Source: the human T2T-CHM13v2.0 reference genome, Homo sapiens
Length of the DNA: 64,000 bases
Strand: one strand, 5' to 3'
Assembly (NCBI RefSeq): GCF_009914755.1
Contig: NC_060930.1
The translations under genes were made by a program, and so were the position numbers. Shown here in pieces: positions 14,591 to 29,139 of the stretch (its first letter is position 1; the number at the start of each line of letters is the position of its first letter). The notes under the pieces are model-generated. The model was given only the letters and a program-made list of their open reading frames with translations, did not search any database and was not told the DNA's origin.

Positions 14591-15507
14591 GCATGACATG
14601 AAATAAAGGGAAAATGAATTCAGTCTTTGAAAAGGCCCCCAAAATGCAAACTGACTCTTTATGTAAAATATTACACGATCAAGTTTCTCAAACAATCCTG
14701 ATAATCTGAGGCACTCCATTTTTATTAACTATTTTATTAATATTTTTTGCTCTTCTTAAAAAATGTAATGGTGATCTTGTTGGGACAAACTGTTTCTCTA
14801 CTGAGTTATTTGCAGTATAGGAAATTACTGTGTAGACTTCCCCACCAACATTCTCGATTCTGCTGTGAGAAGACCTCTGTCAGCAAAAGTGGGGCTTAAT
14901 CTTCAAGTCCTTGATCTTTGGAGTAATAATGACTTGTGGCCTGGGCTAAATTTTCATTAGGGAATAAACAATACTTTTAAACAACCTCTCAAGCTGTTCA
15001 ATTATACTTTTAGTTCTCTCTTAAGCAGATTCAACATGTAATATATTACTTATAGTTTGCCTCCAGTGGCATAGATCACATAGTCAACTTTTGGAGGATT
15101 CAACATTTTGTTTATCTTCAGGGGAAGGCCGGGATATGCCTCACAATGCAAATTCTCTGTTTCAACTGTGAAACAGAAAGGAAGAAGAATTAAAGCAGCT
15201 TACTGTTAGACATAACATTTTAGCCTCCTGAGCAAAACCTCAGAGAAACCAGGACTCCTTAAAAAAAAGTTTCAAATGGAAAATATCAACCAAGCAGAAT
15301 AATTTCTAATTGAGACACATGAAGTTTTTAACCTTGCAATGTTTTTACCTTGTGATGTTTCATCTATGATCCCAAGATTTCCATTTCAAGTATTTACTAG
15401 CGTAATATGAAAGAGCAGTGGGTCAGCATCATCAATTTGGTGGCAGAGTCTCATAAAACAGAGGCTATCTGCCTATTAATAGCCTCATGCTGTAAAAGGT
15501 CCCCCAG

Positions 15508-15509
<2 letters not shown>

Positions 15510-15549
<40 letters not shown>

Positions 15550-15557
15550 ATGTGTGT
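15510..15557. repeat. (GT)n microsatellite
   Basis: About 19 perfect GT units. Confidence 0.97.
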
Positions 15558-16507
15558 AGTAAGGGGTTCTTCATTACCAGCAAAATTTATTGCTAAAGAT
15601 CCTGAAACTGGTAATTAATAAACAAAGTTAATTATTTGGCAACCTAACAAGATTCACACATTCAAAACTGTTGGAAATTTAAGGCACCTGCTAATGGTTT
15701 CCAGTGTAACGGTAGATCAGGGAAATAGCTTTAAGAATAAATAAGTTGCATCACTGAAATTTCTTGTTTTGCTTTTTCCTTACAATTTTTTTTTAACTTT
15801 CTCATCATGAAGTTTCCTGTCTGAGAAAGATATAAAAGAATTTACTTTGTTTTTGTTTTTTCCCACAGAAAGCAGAATGGGTCTGGAGTGGCCTATGAAA
15901 TCTGGCGATTCTTCTACATTGTACATTGCTTTCTTAATCATTCTTAATCATAAGAATTTTATATTTCTGTTGGGAATCATGTAACCAGATATTGACCTCA
16001 GGAGGATATCACAATATCTTTTGAATTGTGAGTTAGATAAGGGCTTCTTATTTTCTGACATGGCTGATTATATGTCCACTGGAAAACTGCAGTTCCCACT
16101 GCAACACTCGAAATGGCTTTGCTGTCCAGCAACAACTAAACCATAAAGTATTTCACTCAGCTATCTGGGGCACTGGGGAGCACTAAACAAAAGTGTGTTT
16201 GCAGTGCTGCTGCCAGGCTCTGCTTTTTGTTATTAACTGGAACAAGATTAAGCAATTTGCATGTCAGCATGTGTCTGTGACGTGTGTCCACAGATGCATG
16301 TGTGCATATCTGCACTCATAGACCAGTTGGAAAATGAAGTGAGAAGAGGCATATTTTCTTACCTATAATAAAAGGTTATTGTGCTTAGCTGGATTTTGTA
16401 AAGTGTTTTTATCTCATATATTTATACAATATTGATTCAATCAAATTAACCTAATAAGTGCAAATAATAGGTATGTCAAGACAAATAGAGAGATTAGAGG
16501 AAAAAAC

Positions 16508-16705
16508 ACATTTATTGAGCACCTACTATGTGTACACCTTCATCAGCATCATTGTCCTTAATACTGGCAACTATAGCTATCATATTTACAGCATATGGAT
16601 AAGGAAACAGTTCAGGAAGATCAAACCACTTTATATGTCAGAGCTAGAATTCAGACTCAAGTGTGATTTCCATTCATGTGTCATGACCACGATACCATGA
16701 TGCCT
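16508..16705 (-). mobile_element. MIR
   Basis: 'catttattgagcacctactatgtg...gataaggaaacag'. Confidence 0.7.
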
Positions 16706-18009
16706 CTTCACCCAGAAGTTCATAGTCGAGCCCGCTGTGATGTTCATGAACATTTGCTGGCACTCTCATGACGATGATGTAAAAGATTTTACACACAATA
16801 GTCAGAAATGATGTAAGAAAAAAATGAAGTTTTAAAAAGTATCTTCATGGAATTCATAGTCACAGAAACATTTTCATAAAAGGAGGCTCTTAATTATATT
16901 TTTAAAACTCTATACCCTACCCACTTATTCCTTGTGATGTTTATCAGGACTGGACTAGATGAATATGGCAGAGATAAAGCTATCACTTAAGGTTCCTGCT
17001 TAAAAGGATTTTATTATTGTACTGGACACTAATGTATTTGACATTGTTTAATTTTTAAAATCTATTTCTTAAAAGAAAATAGTTTTAAAACAGCCTTTAA
17101 GGATAGGACTGTAAGTATTGTCATTTATAAAGTGTCATTTATTTTAAACATGTAAAATTATTGGCCCTCAGATACCTTATATTTAATCCTTTTAACAACT
17201 CTTCATAGTAAGCAGTAATTTTCAAGTTTTACAAATAAGAATCTCATGGACTGTAGAGGTTAAGCATAGGCACCAGTGTTTAAACCAGTCTTACTCTAAA
17301 ATACAGACTGCTCCCCCTATACCACACATTGCTCCTCTGATTCCACACATTGTTTTCTCAAATCCTTGAATAAGGGTTATTATTGAGGCTATTAAGAATG
17401 ATTGCCAACATTGACTTGAACTAGAAATGTCAGAATGAACAATAGAATGAAAAAATGACAGTTTTGTTTTTTAATTTTTTTTTTTTATTTTTAACCACTG
17501 GGTTAGAATAGCAGAAGGTAGAATTAAGAGAACAAAAAGTAATTTTCAGTGGTAATATGCTGACTGTATCAAGAGTAGCAGGAATGATACTATCAAGGAA
17601 GAAAAGAATAAATATTTCAGCAGACAATTAATCTATCTCAGGGCTAACAAATCTAAAACAAATATACCATCAATAATACTCTATTTCCATTTCCTGGCTG
17701 GAAAGAGCTACACGAGCATATAACTTTGAATTGTTTTGTAAGGCCAGGTGACCTGCAGCTGGCTCATGGTTAACTGCTGGAGCCTCACTGAAGATGTAAA
17801 TACTGTTCCGCAGCTTTGTGATACATAGCTAAAGACCATAAATGTGTATGTAATGAGTCAGAGAGCAGCAGTTCATTACTTGGGGCCTTTGTCACATATG
17901 CATCATATGAATACTGAACGACAATGATTTGCATGGAAAATCAGTTTAATGACAGAGAAACAAATACATAGTGGTTGTGAGCTTTCAATTTTGTGTCTAA
18001 AAAACGGAT

Positions 18010-18178
18010 TCTAATCTCTTTTGTGCCATTTATTGGCTGTGTCTCTTTTCCTATCAGTGGGATGTACATAAGGGTCTTGGGATGGGTTTATTGTATAAGC
18101 TAAATAAAAAGAGGTATGTAAAACATGTGGCATGGTGCCTAGAACAGAGTAAGGCATCAACTCGTATCTGCTATTAGT
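18010..18178 (+). mobile_element. MIR fragment
   Basis: 'gtatgtaaaacatgtggcatggtgcctagaacagagtaaggcatcaa'. Confidence 0.55.
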
Positions 18179-19339
18179 ACTGATGTCAAAAGATGTGGCA
18201 TGCTGTTGTCTGGCTCCTCTTAAAAGGAAATTAAAACCTAAATTTGTCTCATGTGAGTATTCATCTCATATGATTGACCCCATAAGGCCACTAGGAAAAC
18301 CGAATGGGAAAAAAACCCAGCATCTCACTTGTAGCTCCAGAGGAATAGGATTTGGGTTTGGGCTGTTCTCTTTGGTCCCTTTTAATCTGACCAACCTGAT
18401 GCTTCACCAGCATAAAACTACTTTCTCCCAAGGTTTTCATTTGCAGAAACAGGAAGACCCTTGAGACCAATAACTGGTTATTTATTTTTAAATGTTCTAA
18501 AATAAAAATAATAGTGTGAGGCTTTTGCTTGAGCTTTCTTTCTGAAATGACCCTTGACAGGAACTGGAAATAGTTCTTGTCAATGCAGCCATTATCTCTC
18601 TTGTGACCAAACGGGATGTGGGAGGTAGGGTGGAATTTCTGAGTTCTTTGTACATAGGAATAAAATGTCTGTCATTTAGTTAAAATAAATTATTGATTTT
18701 TAAATCAAATTAAAATATTGAGTCACACAAGCAGGTACTGTACTTGAATTTTCCCTTATTTGTAAGAACTGTTTTTCACTGCTTTATGAATAGTGGGGAA
18801 AAATAAGGGGATATAAATAACAAAAACATGTTTTGGGCTTCATGAAACCCAGAAGGCAATTATAGGACACTCTGAAGAAAAAGTTTAAATTACCATAATT
18901 TCCCAGGAAAATAAATGATCCACTTTCTTGCCTTATCAGGTAAGCAAGCTGACAAAATGCTTTAAAAACAACTTTGGGATACTTAGTTTCCCTTTCCACT
19001 GGAGGACTGTGCACAAAGCTCAAATTATGCTTTCCATACCCCAGTGCTTTCTCCTCTTCCTGGGAACAAGGGTGTTAAGTGTCCCCAGCATCACTCAGGG
19101 ATTGGGCTTGAGAAAGTCTTAGGAGCAAGACAAATGATTGATTTTGCTGGAAGGGAAACAGAAAAAGCCGGGCATGAATTTAAGTGGAATAATGACAGAT
19201 CGCTTTAGCGGATCAAATGATTGATTTTCTTCAGGGATTAAGAGATGATTCAATTTGGGATTACTGTATTATTGCTTCTAGATCTGCAAAATATACGTGT
19301 CCGTGGCCTGAGGGTAAAGAAAGTAAAATAATGGGTCGT

Positions 19340-20040
19340 ATCACATACATTTCTTGTTTAAATTTCCTCCAAAGCTTTAATTATTTCAGGAATAAATACC
19401 TCCTCCTCAGTATGAGAATCTGGGGTTTTCTTGCTCTGGCCCCTACATACTTATCCTGTCTCTTTGGTGGTCTTTCTCTCCTTGCATGCTATATGACATC
19501 AGAAGCAGTGACATCACTGTACTACCCCAGAAATGGGCCTCTCTGCCTTTGAATCTCATACACCTTTTGTCCAGAACGCTTCCATCTCCCTTACTTCCCT
19601 TTATTTCCTAGGCTAACTGATAAATCATTATTTAAAACATTCTACTTAGCCCTGAATCTGGGTTGTATGTACTTTCTATGTGCTCTCAAAATATCTCTTT
19701 ATTTTTCTCAATCATTACGTTTATCATAGTATATTGTAATCATGTCTTGACTTTGATTTAATTGGTGTTAGGTCAGGCACGGTCAGCGGTCTATTTAAAA
19801 AGCTCCCTGGTGATTCTGATTCACAGCCAGGATTATGACCCACTGAACTGGACTGATAGCTCCATGAAGATAGGACAGTTGACTGTCTAGTTCACAGTTA
19901 TAAGCCCATTTTCTAGCTCAGTGCCAGAAACACAGCAAATGCTCAAGAAACATTTGATCTATACATCAAATGTCTTTGTATCTCCAGTGTTTGTACAATG
20001 TTAAGCACAATTGTTTGTTGAGGGAGTAAATGCATAAATA
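19340..20040 (+). mobile_element. L2 3' region containing a MER5-like fragment (~19765-19846)
   Basis: 'ttgtttaaatttcctccaaagc', 'agctccatgaagataggacag...cagtgccagaaacacagcaaatgctcaa'; 'aagctccctggtgattctgat'. Confidence 0.6.
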
Positions 20041-20234
20041 TGTTAAATTCTACAAAGAACCCATACATTAGTAAATTATAGTCTTTGCTTTCACAAAGTT
20101 ATAGTTGGATAGGAGTAAGGGAAATTGAAGAAACACCAAAAATTCTGATATTATCACTTGTACATATTAACAATGAAAACATTTTCAGTGGTTGTAATGA
20201 TTTCTTACTGAGAATATGTCTCATGGTGAGGATT

Positions 20235-20280
20235 TTTCTTTCTTCTGAATGCAGACATTTCTTTCTTGTGAATGCAGACA
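20235..20280. repeat. 23-bp tandem duplication
   Basis: tttctttcttctgaatgcagaca / tttctttcttgtgaatgcagaca. Confidence 0.9.
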
Positions 20281-21164
20281 TTTTTGAAATAGTATGGCAA
20301 ATGTTCAGTTGATCGAAGCTTTGAGCAAATTCTGTTTAAGTTCTTTGGCAAACTGCTTAAATCTTGTGAGGTCATTCCAGACCATTCGCCTTTCCCTGTT
20401 ATGCACTGAGGCAGGAAATGTTTTCTCCTTTTTGAAATGAGCAATTCAAGGGGCTGGTAAAGAATGCACATGGTGCGACATGCTATCAGCTCCCGCCAGC
20501 TGTTTACCGTGGTCTTTTTCATTCTTAACAGGGACATCAAGTTCTTTTGGATACTAGTTATGGTTTTATACATAAGACAAAATAAACACTTCCTGTAGGG
20601 CTTTAGAGGGTAACTTCACTCAAGTCTTATCTTCCATTTTCTTCAACAAAAGAGGAAAAAGTAAGATTTGAGAGAGGATTGCTATTTATCAGGTTATGCT
20701 GTAGTCTGTTGGCACATTTTAAAAATTTCTTTTTGGATCCTGAAAGCAGTAAAACTCCTCACCTTAACTTTCCCCATCTCATATCACTTAATTTTTCATA
20801 CTGTGAGTGATCATGGCCCCCACCCAAGGTCATCTGAGAACAATTGTACCTTAGTCATTGACATTCTTAAGATCTTGTTTAGAAGGGATTGTTTGGAGCC
20901 TTTGTAGTCTGACCTGAGTCATCCCAGACTGTGCCAGGGTGGCTAAAGAACTGAACTTTCCCCAAAGGAACTCTTGTTATTGCAGAGAATCTCCAGGATG
21001 AAACACACAGTTAGTGCTCAGTGCACATGCACTTTGTCTGGAATTTACTGTCTGAACAGGGACAGACCACGACCTTTTAATCAGGATAGGCTTAGACTGA
21101 ATTTTTTGTGCAAAGTAAATTTCCTTCTCGTAGAGTTTACCAGAGAGGCCACCCTGTAGAAAGG

Positions 21165-21340
21165 TATGATGGCTTAGTGGGAAGGCTATGAGCTTTGGAG
21201 TCAGAGAGACTTAAGTTTAAATCCCATTTCCGCCACGTATTTCGTGAATTGGGTAAGACACTTCTTTGAAACTCAGGTTTCTCATGTATAAAATATAATA
21301 ACTCACTCATGGTGTTGCCATGAAGATCAAAAGAGTTAAG
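21165..21340 (+). mobile_element. MIR
   Basis: 'gagctttggagtcagagagacttaagtttaaatccc...ctcaggtttctcatgtataaaat'. Confidence 0.8.
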
Positions 21341-21639
21341 ACAGACTATGTCCTTGCCTCTGGATAGCACTGAAAAGGTCCACTTTCTTTTTTGCTTCCT
21401 TTGCTTGAAAACTTGTTAATGAATTTCACTGGCTAATCTATAGAAATATTTCTTATCTAAAAGAAATATGTCACTGATTTTGGCAAATACACATTTTATT
21501 TAGAAATATTAGTTAAAACTATGCTATGTGCTGTAAAAAAAGAAACAGAGTGCCTTCCTACTATTCAGATGTTGTAATTAAAACTTATATAGCAAAATAT
21601 GTACAGAGCAACAAACATTTCAATAAGGGAGAGCGGAAG

Positions 21640-21830
21640 AACATAATGGAAAAGGCACTGAATCTGAAGGCCCGACCCTAACCTCAACTCTAGCTGCGGG
21701 ATGGAAGGCTCACTTATAAAATAAGAATAATATCTAACTTAATAGTGTTGTTCAGAAAAATGAAAGGGTGGAATGTTTGTAGATCTGCCTGGAAAATGTA
21801 ATAGCACAATACTCACATTTAATTATTAAG
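21640..21830 (+). mobile_element. MIR fragment
   Basis: 'ataatggaaaaggcactgaatctg...tataaaataagaataatatct'. Confidence 0.5.
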
Positions 21831-23922
21831 AATAGGTTGTATTTCTTCTCCTACTTAACAAAAAACAAAATATTTTAAGAGTGAGGAATGGTATACAGTT
21901 GGAGAAAGGGCATTTTTTTCATAAGCCAGGGAGGAAGATGGTGGGTTTAGTTGCAGCATGCTAACTGAGAGCAATTTTGCATTTTCTCAGCTGCCCCTTG
22001 GAAGCCCGTCTAGACTTCACGTAGACAGTCCAGGTATTTGCTGAGTGGAGTGATTAGGTGGGGCTGGGATATAGACCTGTCTGGAAATAAGTAATCTTCC
22101 CTAAACCTGTGTGGCTGTGGCACGCTTGTGAAAAGGACTGTGGTGTATAAAACTACGGATGGTAAGACTGAGAACTTAAAACAAAGTAGAAGTTTGTAGG
22201 AACAGCAATAAAAATGGTGTGTATGTTCATTCACTTAAATATCACAATTCGTATAAGGTCGTGAAGGCATCTGCTACTAAGGCAAACTAAATTTACTGGT
22301 ATTAAAAAGTTGCTCCAATAGGTAATCTTTTCCTGACCGTCCTTCTTAATTGTTCTAGAAGTCTTCTGAAATAGATTCTTCCATGTGTTGCACAAAAGTT
22401 TTGCAAACTCATTTTAAAGATTTTAGATCTTACTGAGTTGGGATTCAACAATTTTTGCCCTTGTCATTTTTTCATTTCCTGAAGTATTGGCAAAATCTTT
22501 GTGTAGCCATTCTGTATGGTTCTGGTCTTTATCCCACATCTGAGTAGGTAGAGCCTAAGCAGGTCTCCCTTTTACACTAAATGCTCCTGCTCCTTGGAGA
22601 GCAGCAGAAGGAGCAGTAATGGCCTTTGGGCTCTTGTTTAAAAGGACTGAATTATAGAAACTATAGATCATACTACAGTAAGACTTTAAATTGCTAAAAA
22701 TATATGTTCTTATCATGTAATTCGAAGCCCACATACAATGAGTCACTCATCTGGATTACACCTTGTGAGTGGGTATGGTATGTTACTATGAATGGACAAA
22801 ACATGAGCTCATCTTTAGCAAGCTTTCACCTGAAGTTCTTTTTATCAAATTAACAAACAAGTTGCCCATGAGGCAGCGGTTTAGAGTTCAGTGAGTGTAG
22901 AGAGGATGCAGGGAAGGTTTGGGGAAGTGGACTTCTGGCTGGATATGATGATCTTCAAGGGGTACCCAGTGAGAGACCCTTGTGGTGGTGTGATTATGGT
23001 GAAGGGTTGACTGGAGAAAGGAGACACAGACAAAAAAATGGCAGAAGACCACGATTTTGACCACTGTTTTTTTTTTTGTTTTTTGTTTTTGTTTTTTGCC
23101 TAGAACTGATCTTATTTAGAAATAAGGCTTCAATCTTGCTGCTTTTGCTGAGGTGAAGTGTTTAATAGAAAATAGTAGACAGAGTCTACTTAATTATTGT
23201 GGCAACAGCTGGCCATCTTCCTTATACCATCCATCCTTCCTTATGGTGACCCATATGTCAGTATGGGTCTTCCACATATCTGAGCAAAAGACTAATAGAT
23301 GGTGTAGCCCAGATCTTTTTATGTAGACCCTTCAGTTAGTGTATTCTTACCCCTGTAGAGTTTCTGTGTTTCTTGGTCAAATTCATTCTTTGCTTAAAAA
23401 CAAAGCACAACACACTAGATGAGAGATGAGAACAAAGGTGCATGGAGTTTTGAGATGGGAAAATGACTACCACTTGGTTTTGGCAAGTGGGAGGCAGAGA
23501 TGAAATAAATTGCTGTAGTGTGGGGTGCTGGGATTGCAAAGATGGAAGACGACTGATTGGTGGTAGCTGCTGTCATGTGGAATATTTCTTTCTAAATTTA
23601 GAGGGGAAATTGGGCTAGATCATCATATTTAATTAGAATCTTTTAAGTGTTATTTATACATGCTATTTATAGATGACCTAGAAAAGAATGATGAAAAAAT
23701 TAATTTAAAAATCACTTAATATTCCTGTTCAAATCATTGTTCTTTTATCTTAAACCTCTTTTTCTTTGTGAAGACTATTCTTTTCTACATTAGCTAATCC
23801 TACTGTAGAAGTATTTTACTGGATATTTTTCTCTATCCTTATAATATTCAATTTCATATTAATATTATAATCTAAATTTATAAATACATTACATATTTTT
23901 AAAGAGCAGAATCATAGAATAA

Positions 23923-24245
<323 letters not shown>

Positions 24246-25809
24246 TGAGCTTTTGTTTGTCAAATTCTATATTCATAATTGGAAAAGAAACATTTGTCAG
24301 ACCAAATTAAAACCCATTAAATTAAAAAAAAAACAACCCAATTACATTTTCAAATTTCAGCAACTCATCTCTGAGCTGCTCTCTCTAGGTCTCTTCTGTG
24401 AGGCATCAGGGCCCCAGAGAGATGTTTGTTCACTCCCAGGGCTACCGTGGTGGCTGCTCAGTAACGATGTAGCTGTTTCTACAGTTAGATGATTTAGAAC
24501 ACATGTAGAATTTCCTGTTTCAGACTCATAATGGATTTCCTTCTTTCTTTTATGTGCAGCCTTGGTTACAAACTGGGATAAAAACAGTTTACGTAAACAC
24601 AGAAGCAAGTAAGACTGGAAGGTGGTATTTTTATAATGCTTTTCCAAGAAAACTATATTGAGTGGAACATGAGGTTTAAAACGTTATTTCAGCATCAGTG
24701 AAATCTCATTACAGACTTCAGAAGAGATCCAAAGACCAATCTTGTTTAGCTTGCACTTGATGATCCCTCATGGTGGCCCTTCCTAACACAGTTTGAAATC
24801 ACACATCTTTAGTCCTGTAGGTTATCTGATCCAAAGTATATATGCATTGTATTCTTTGTGAGTAATGTGTGTAAATGTAAATGGACCCTAGAATGATTTG
24901 TGCGTGCTACCAGGCATGATTCTGGGTGCTTAAGGAAATGCATCTATACAATGCCTGTCACCAAGACGAAGGCCCTCAACATTTTGTTGTCATTTAATTA
25001 ATGCAGACTGATTTTAATTCAGTCCAGGGATATTTCAATCACAACATAAGTAGAAGGTAAAACTGAGGTCTAAATACTCATGTATTAATTTCAGTGTTGA
25101 ATAGAGAAAGAGCCATATCTTTGCCTCTTAAGTGTTTACAGTTCTCAAAGCATTCAGAACTTTGAATGCTCGATATGATTACTCCTCTCCATTACATGGA
25201 TATCCAAAAGTTCATTAACAGGTAAAGGATGAAAGGACTTGGAAATGAAATTGTCAAGAGAAGATATTTGAGACCTAGGGCCTGTGGTCTATGTTTTCAA
25301 TTTTCTCCCTTCAGAGTATTTTAAAAATTAAAATGGAATAATTTTATTTTTACATTATACTTTATGTAAGGATGACCTGAGCCATAGACAGATAACATTT
25401 GGGGTAAATTTACAGAAGCCTTCTTGTAAAAATAAAAATCTGGTTGTTAGTAATATTTAATAATACACTATTATGATGGCAGATATTTAATGACCTATTT
25501 ATAAAATAAACTATTTCATTTTTTAATATTATTTAAAGTTACTTGTGGGAGCCAATTTATCAGATATTGCCCATAGATCCAAGTGAAATCAGGAGGAAGG
25601 CTAGGAGGAAAAAAAAAATATCTAAAATGCACTGTGTAGCTGTTTTGTTTTTTAAGAATTTTAGAGATACTTCAGAGAAAATTGGAGATATTGTAAAAGA
25701 AAAATTTAACACTGCTGCTTTTATCTATTGATATGGACAATGATTTGAAAGTTGACTAAAATTGATGCTTATTCTATTTCATACATCCTTTGGACAACGT
25801 GGTGATTGT

Positions 25810-25963
25810 TTAATTTTATTTTTTATTCTAATTTTAATTTTGTAGAGATGAGGTCTTGCTATGTTGCCCAGGCTGGTCTTGAATTCCTGGCTTCAAGCAA
25901 TCCTCTGGCCTTGGCCTCCCAAAGTGCTGAGATTATATGCATAAGCCACCACTTCCAGTGCCC
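25810..25963 (-). mobile_element. FLAM / free left Alu monomer
   Basis: Left arm only, with T-rich tail; flanks gtgattgttt / gtgatttttt. Confidence 0.85.
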
Positions 25964-26264
25964 AGTGATTTTTTAAAGACTATATTGTGTGTAGATTTTG
26001 CAACATGAACCAAATGCTTTGCATTTTTCCAAAGATTAATCATATTGAAATGTATTTTTCTAGATCCTTAAAAACACAAACGTTATTTGGGGGCTTATGT
26101 TCTAGGCACTTGTTAGGCACTAAAAATACAAAAATAAATAGGTGTTGTCACTGCGGTCATTCAAGGCATAGTATATCCAATTGGTGCCAATATGACTTTT
26201 CACATAAACAATCAGATACAGCCAAAGAAATGACTCTGAACTGCTAAGAATTATATGTAGTCTT

Positions 26265-26735
26265 ACAATACAGAAAAACTAACCTAAAGTATAAAGAATG
26301 AAGGAAACAATAAAGATAAGAACAGAAAATAATAAGAGTAGAACACTCAGTATAGAAGAGCAACACCACGAAAAGGTAAGTTCATTGAAAAGCCTACTGT
26401 TTCCTTAGTTTCCACCCGCCTCCTGCCAGGGAAGGTTTTTTGAACCCTTTTCAAGGGTGGAAAGTCCAAATAGAGTCCCAGTCTTGATGAACTTTTGAGG
26501 CAGAGATTAGTGATTCAGGCTGCCTGAAGTAGCTGGAATTTGTAAAGCAGGGTCAGAGAAGACGAAGCTGTATGGAGGGTGTACACCGAAACTCTTTGTG
26601 AGGATTCACTATGCATCTTTGGTTTGGGATTAGCTTGGCTTGTGTAGGACAAGATTTCATGAGACCTACCTGGGATCTCCGTCTATAGGGCTGGATAGTG
26701 ATGGCAGAGGGTTGTTAGAGTTCTGGCCCAATAAG
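26265..26735 (+). mobile_element. Old L1M fragments
   Basis: 'ggaaacaataaagataagaacagaaaat' (ORF2-like); 'gaggcagagattagtgattcaggc' resembles 47846 onward. Confidence 0.5.
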
Positions 26736-27984
26736 AGAGCAAATAAAAGATATATATCTATCTATCAATTGTATATTATGTCCATATACCTAGATAATAG
26801 TGCACTCTCTCTAAAAAAGTAGTATAAAATAATTTGTCTACATGAATGTGTGGATGTTCCCCAGGTCTTGCTGGAGTAATTCCCAGAAATAGAATTCTTC
26901 ATGACTTATCCAGTCTTACAATTATGAAATTAACATTAATCTGTAAAGCAATGGGTAAGAACTTGGCAGAGGCCACCTGATCTTAGAATGCAATAATCTT
27001 AATCTAGTACTAAGTCAAAGTAGAGAAGGTTTGAATTGGGTCGACAATTCCTCAAAACGGATTTTTTAATGAACTTTCAGTTTTAGTTTTTAAGAATTAG
27101 AATTTCAAGAGAAATTCCTTCATCCTATTTTGCATTAAATGTCATATTCTTTGCTATGTATAAAATATTTTGGTATAGACTTAAAAGCATTGAAAAGACT
27201 TAAAAATTGGAAACAAAAGGAAATTAGAGTTTTCAGGAATAATTTTGAGTTTACATAGAAACCAATAATATTCCTGAGTTGAAAGTTATTGCCTCAAACA
27301 TCTTCAAATTTTGGAAAATAAAAAAATTGTCATTTGTTTTATTTAGAATGATGTTACTTTTGGTTATGTTTTATGTGTTACTAATACAATACAAAGTGTG
27401 GGTATAAGACAAGTCCAGTCTTGAATTATTAGTGGAACAAAAACATGAAAACCTCCCAGTATAAAATAGGCTCTGACCCGTGGCTAAGTGTACTTCACAG
27501 CTGTTTGGCCTTTTCAAAAGTCCTGCTATCTTTATAATGCACAGTTTTAGCTTTCTGTGTTGCATTGTGTGTGTCTATGGTTATTCATGCTGAACAGAGA
27601 ACAGTTTATACATGTTTATTTCTAGCATCTAAGCAACTTGACTGGTACTTTTTTTTTTTACTTTCTGTTAGTTCAGATGTTTGCAAGCCTATTTGCATAA
27701 AACAGGGAAAAGGCTTATGCAGAGTGGCTTTCCATATTGAGTACTGATATTGCACAGACATTCACAATTATTTATTATGTTTTTAAGTCCTTTATAAGTC
27801 TTTATAATAGTCTATAGAGTTAAGATGTGTATGGGAACCAAGAATACATGGTTTTACCTTTTATGGGTTGGTCACTTTCCTAATGAACTTGCCTTTTCAT
27901 TTGGCCAGGTATTGGTCTTGTCAGCTATAGCATATCAAGGTCTTCCAAACTTCACACACCTAATAAATAGGATCCATATATTAG

Positions 27985-28457
<473 letters not shown>

Positions 28458-29139
28458 AGACGAATTTTCTTCACTTAAAGTTTATTCTAAGTAGAAAAAA
28501 TGACATTGAGAGTCTATGGTAGCTTGTTTCTTTGTGATTTTTTGCAATTTTGTATTTTGAGCTCCTCTTCAGAACTTAATCTGTGATAATTTTGTGACAC
28601 CTGAACTGGGAGTGTGTATTCCTCCAGGTAAGATATTGTTTGCTTCAGGCAAGCATCCTGAGACATTATTTATCTACTAATGATTTAATTCCTTATCTTG
28701 GGCTTTCTCAGACCCCACAGGTCATCTAAAGTTTGATCTTAAAACCTGTAGCCTTGAATACCTTTTCCCCAAATCCAGATAAATAAAGACTAAAAAGTTT
28801 TCTTGATACTTCTCTTTTCTAAGAGCTACATATTTTCTAGATGCTCTCTCCTGCCTCCTGTCCTGGAAGATTCAACTTTATCCACAAGATCTCCATTTTA
28901 ACTCACCACCTTGCAAGTATCTAAGTTAAAACTCAGTTCTCTAGGTTCCAGGGATCAGAAAATGCCCTCAGGGCAGATTTAATTTCAATCCTCATTTATC
29001 CCTCTGTTAACTGCTTCCTTCTTGGACTCTGGAGACTTATTTTCCTTTTTACTCTCTTTTTCCACAATGCTCTTTCATTTGGAAACTGTTTGCTTAAATA
29101 TAATTCAAATAGAGGAAAAATATTCAAAATACAAACTTT

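Noticed and set aside
20305-20445. Minus-strand frame ...NDLTRFKQFAKELKQNLLKASIN resembling POU-specific helix 1 (LEQFAKxxKQ)
   Set aside because: The similarity covers about 7 residues, the following LGxTQxDVG motif is absent and the frame is bounded by stops
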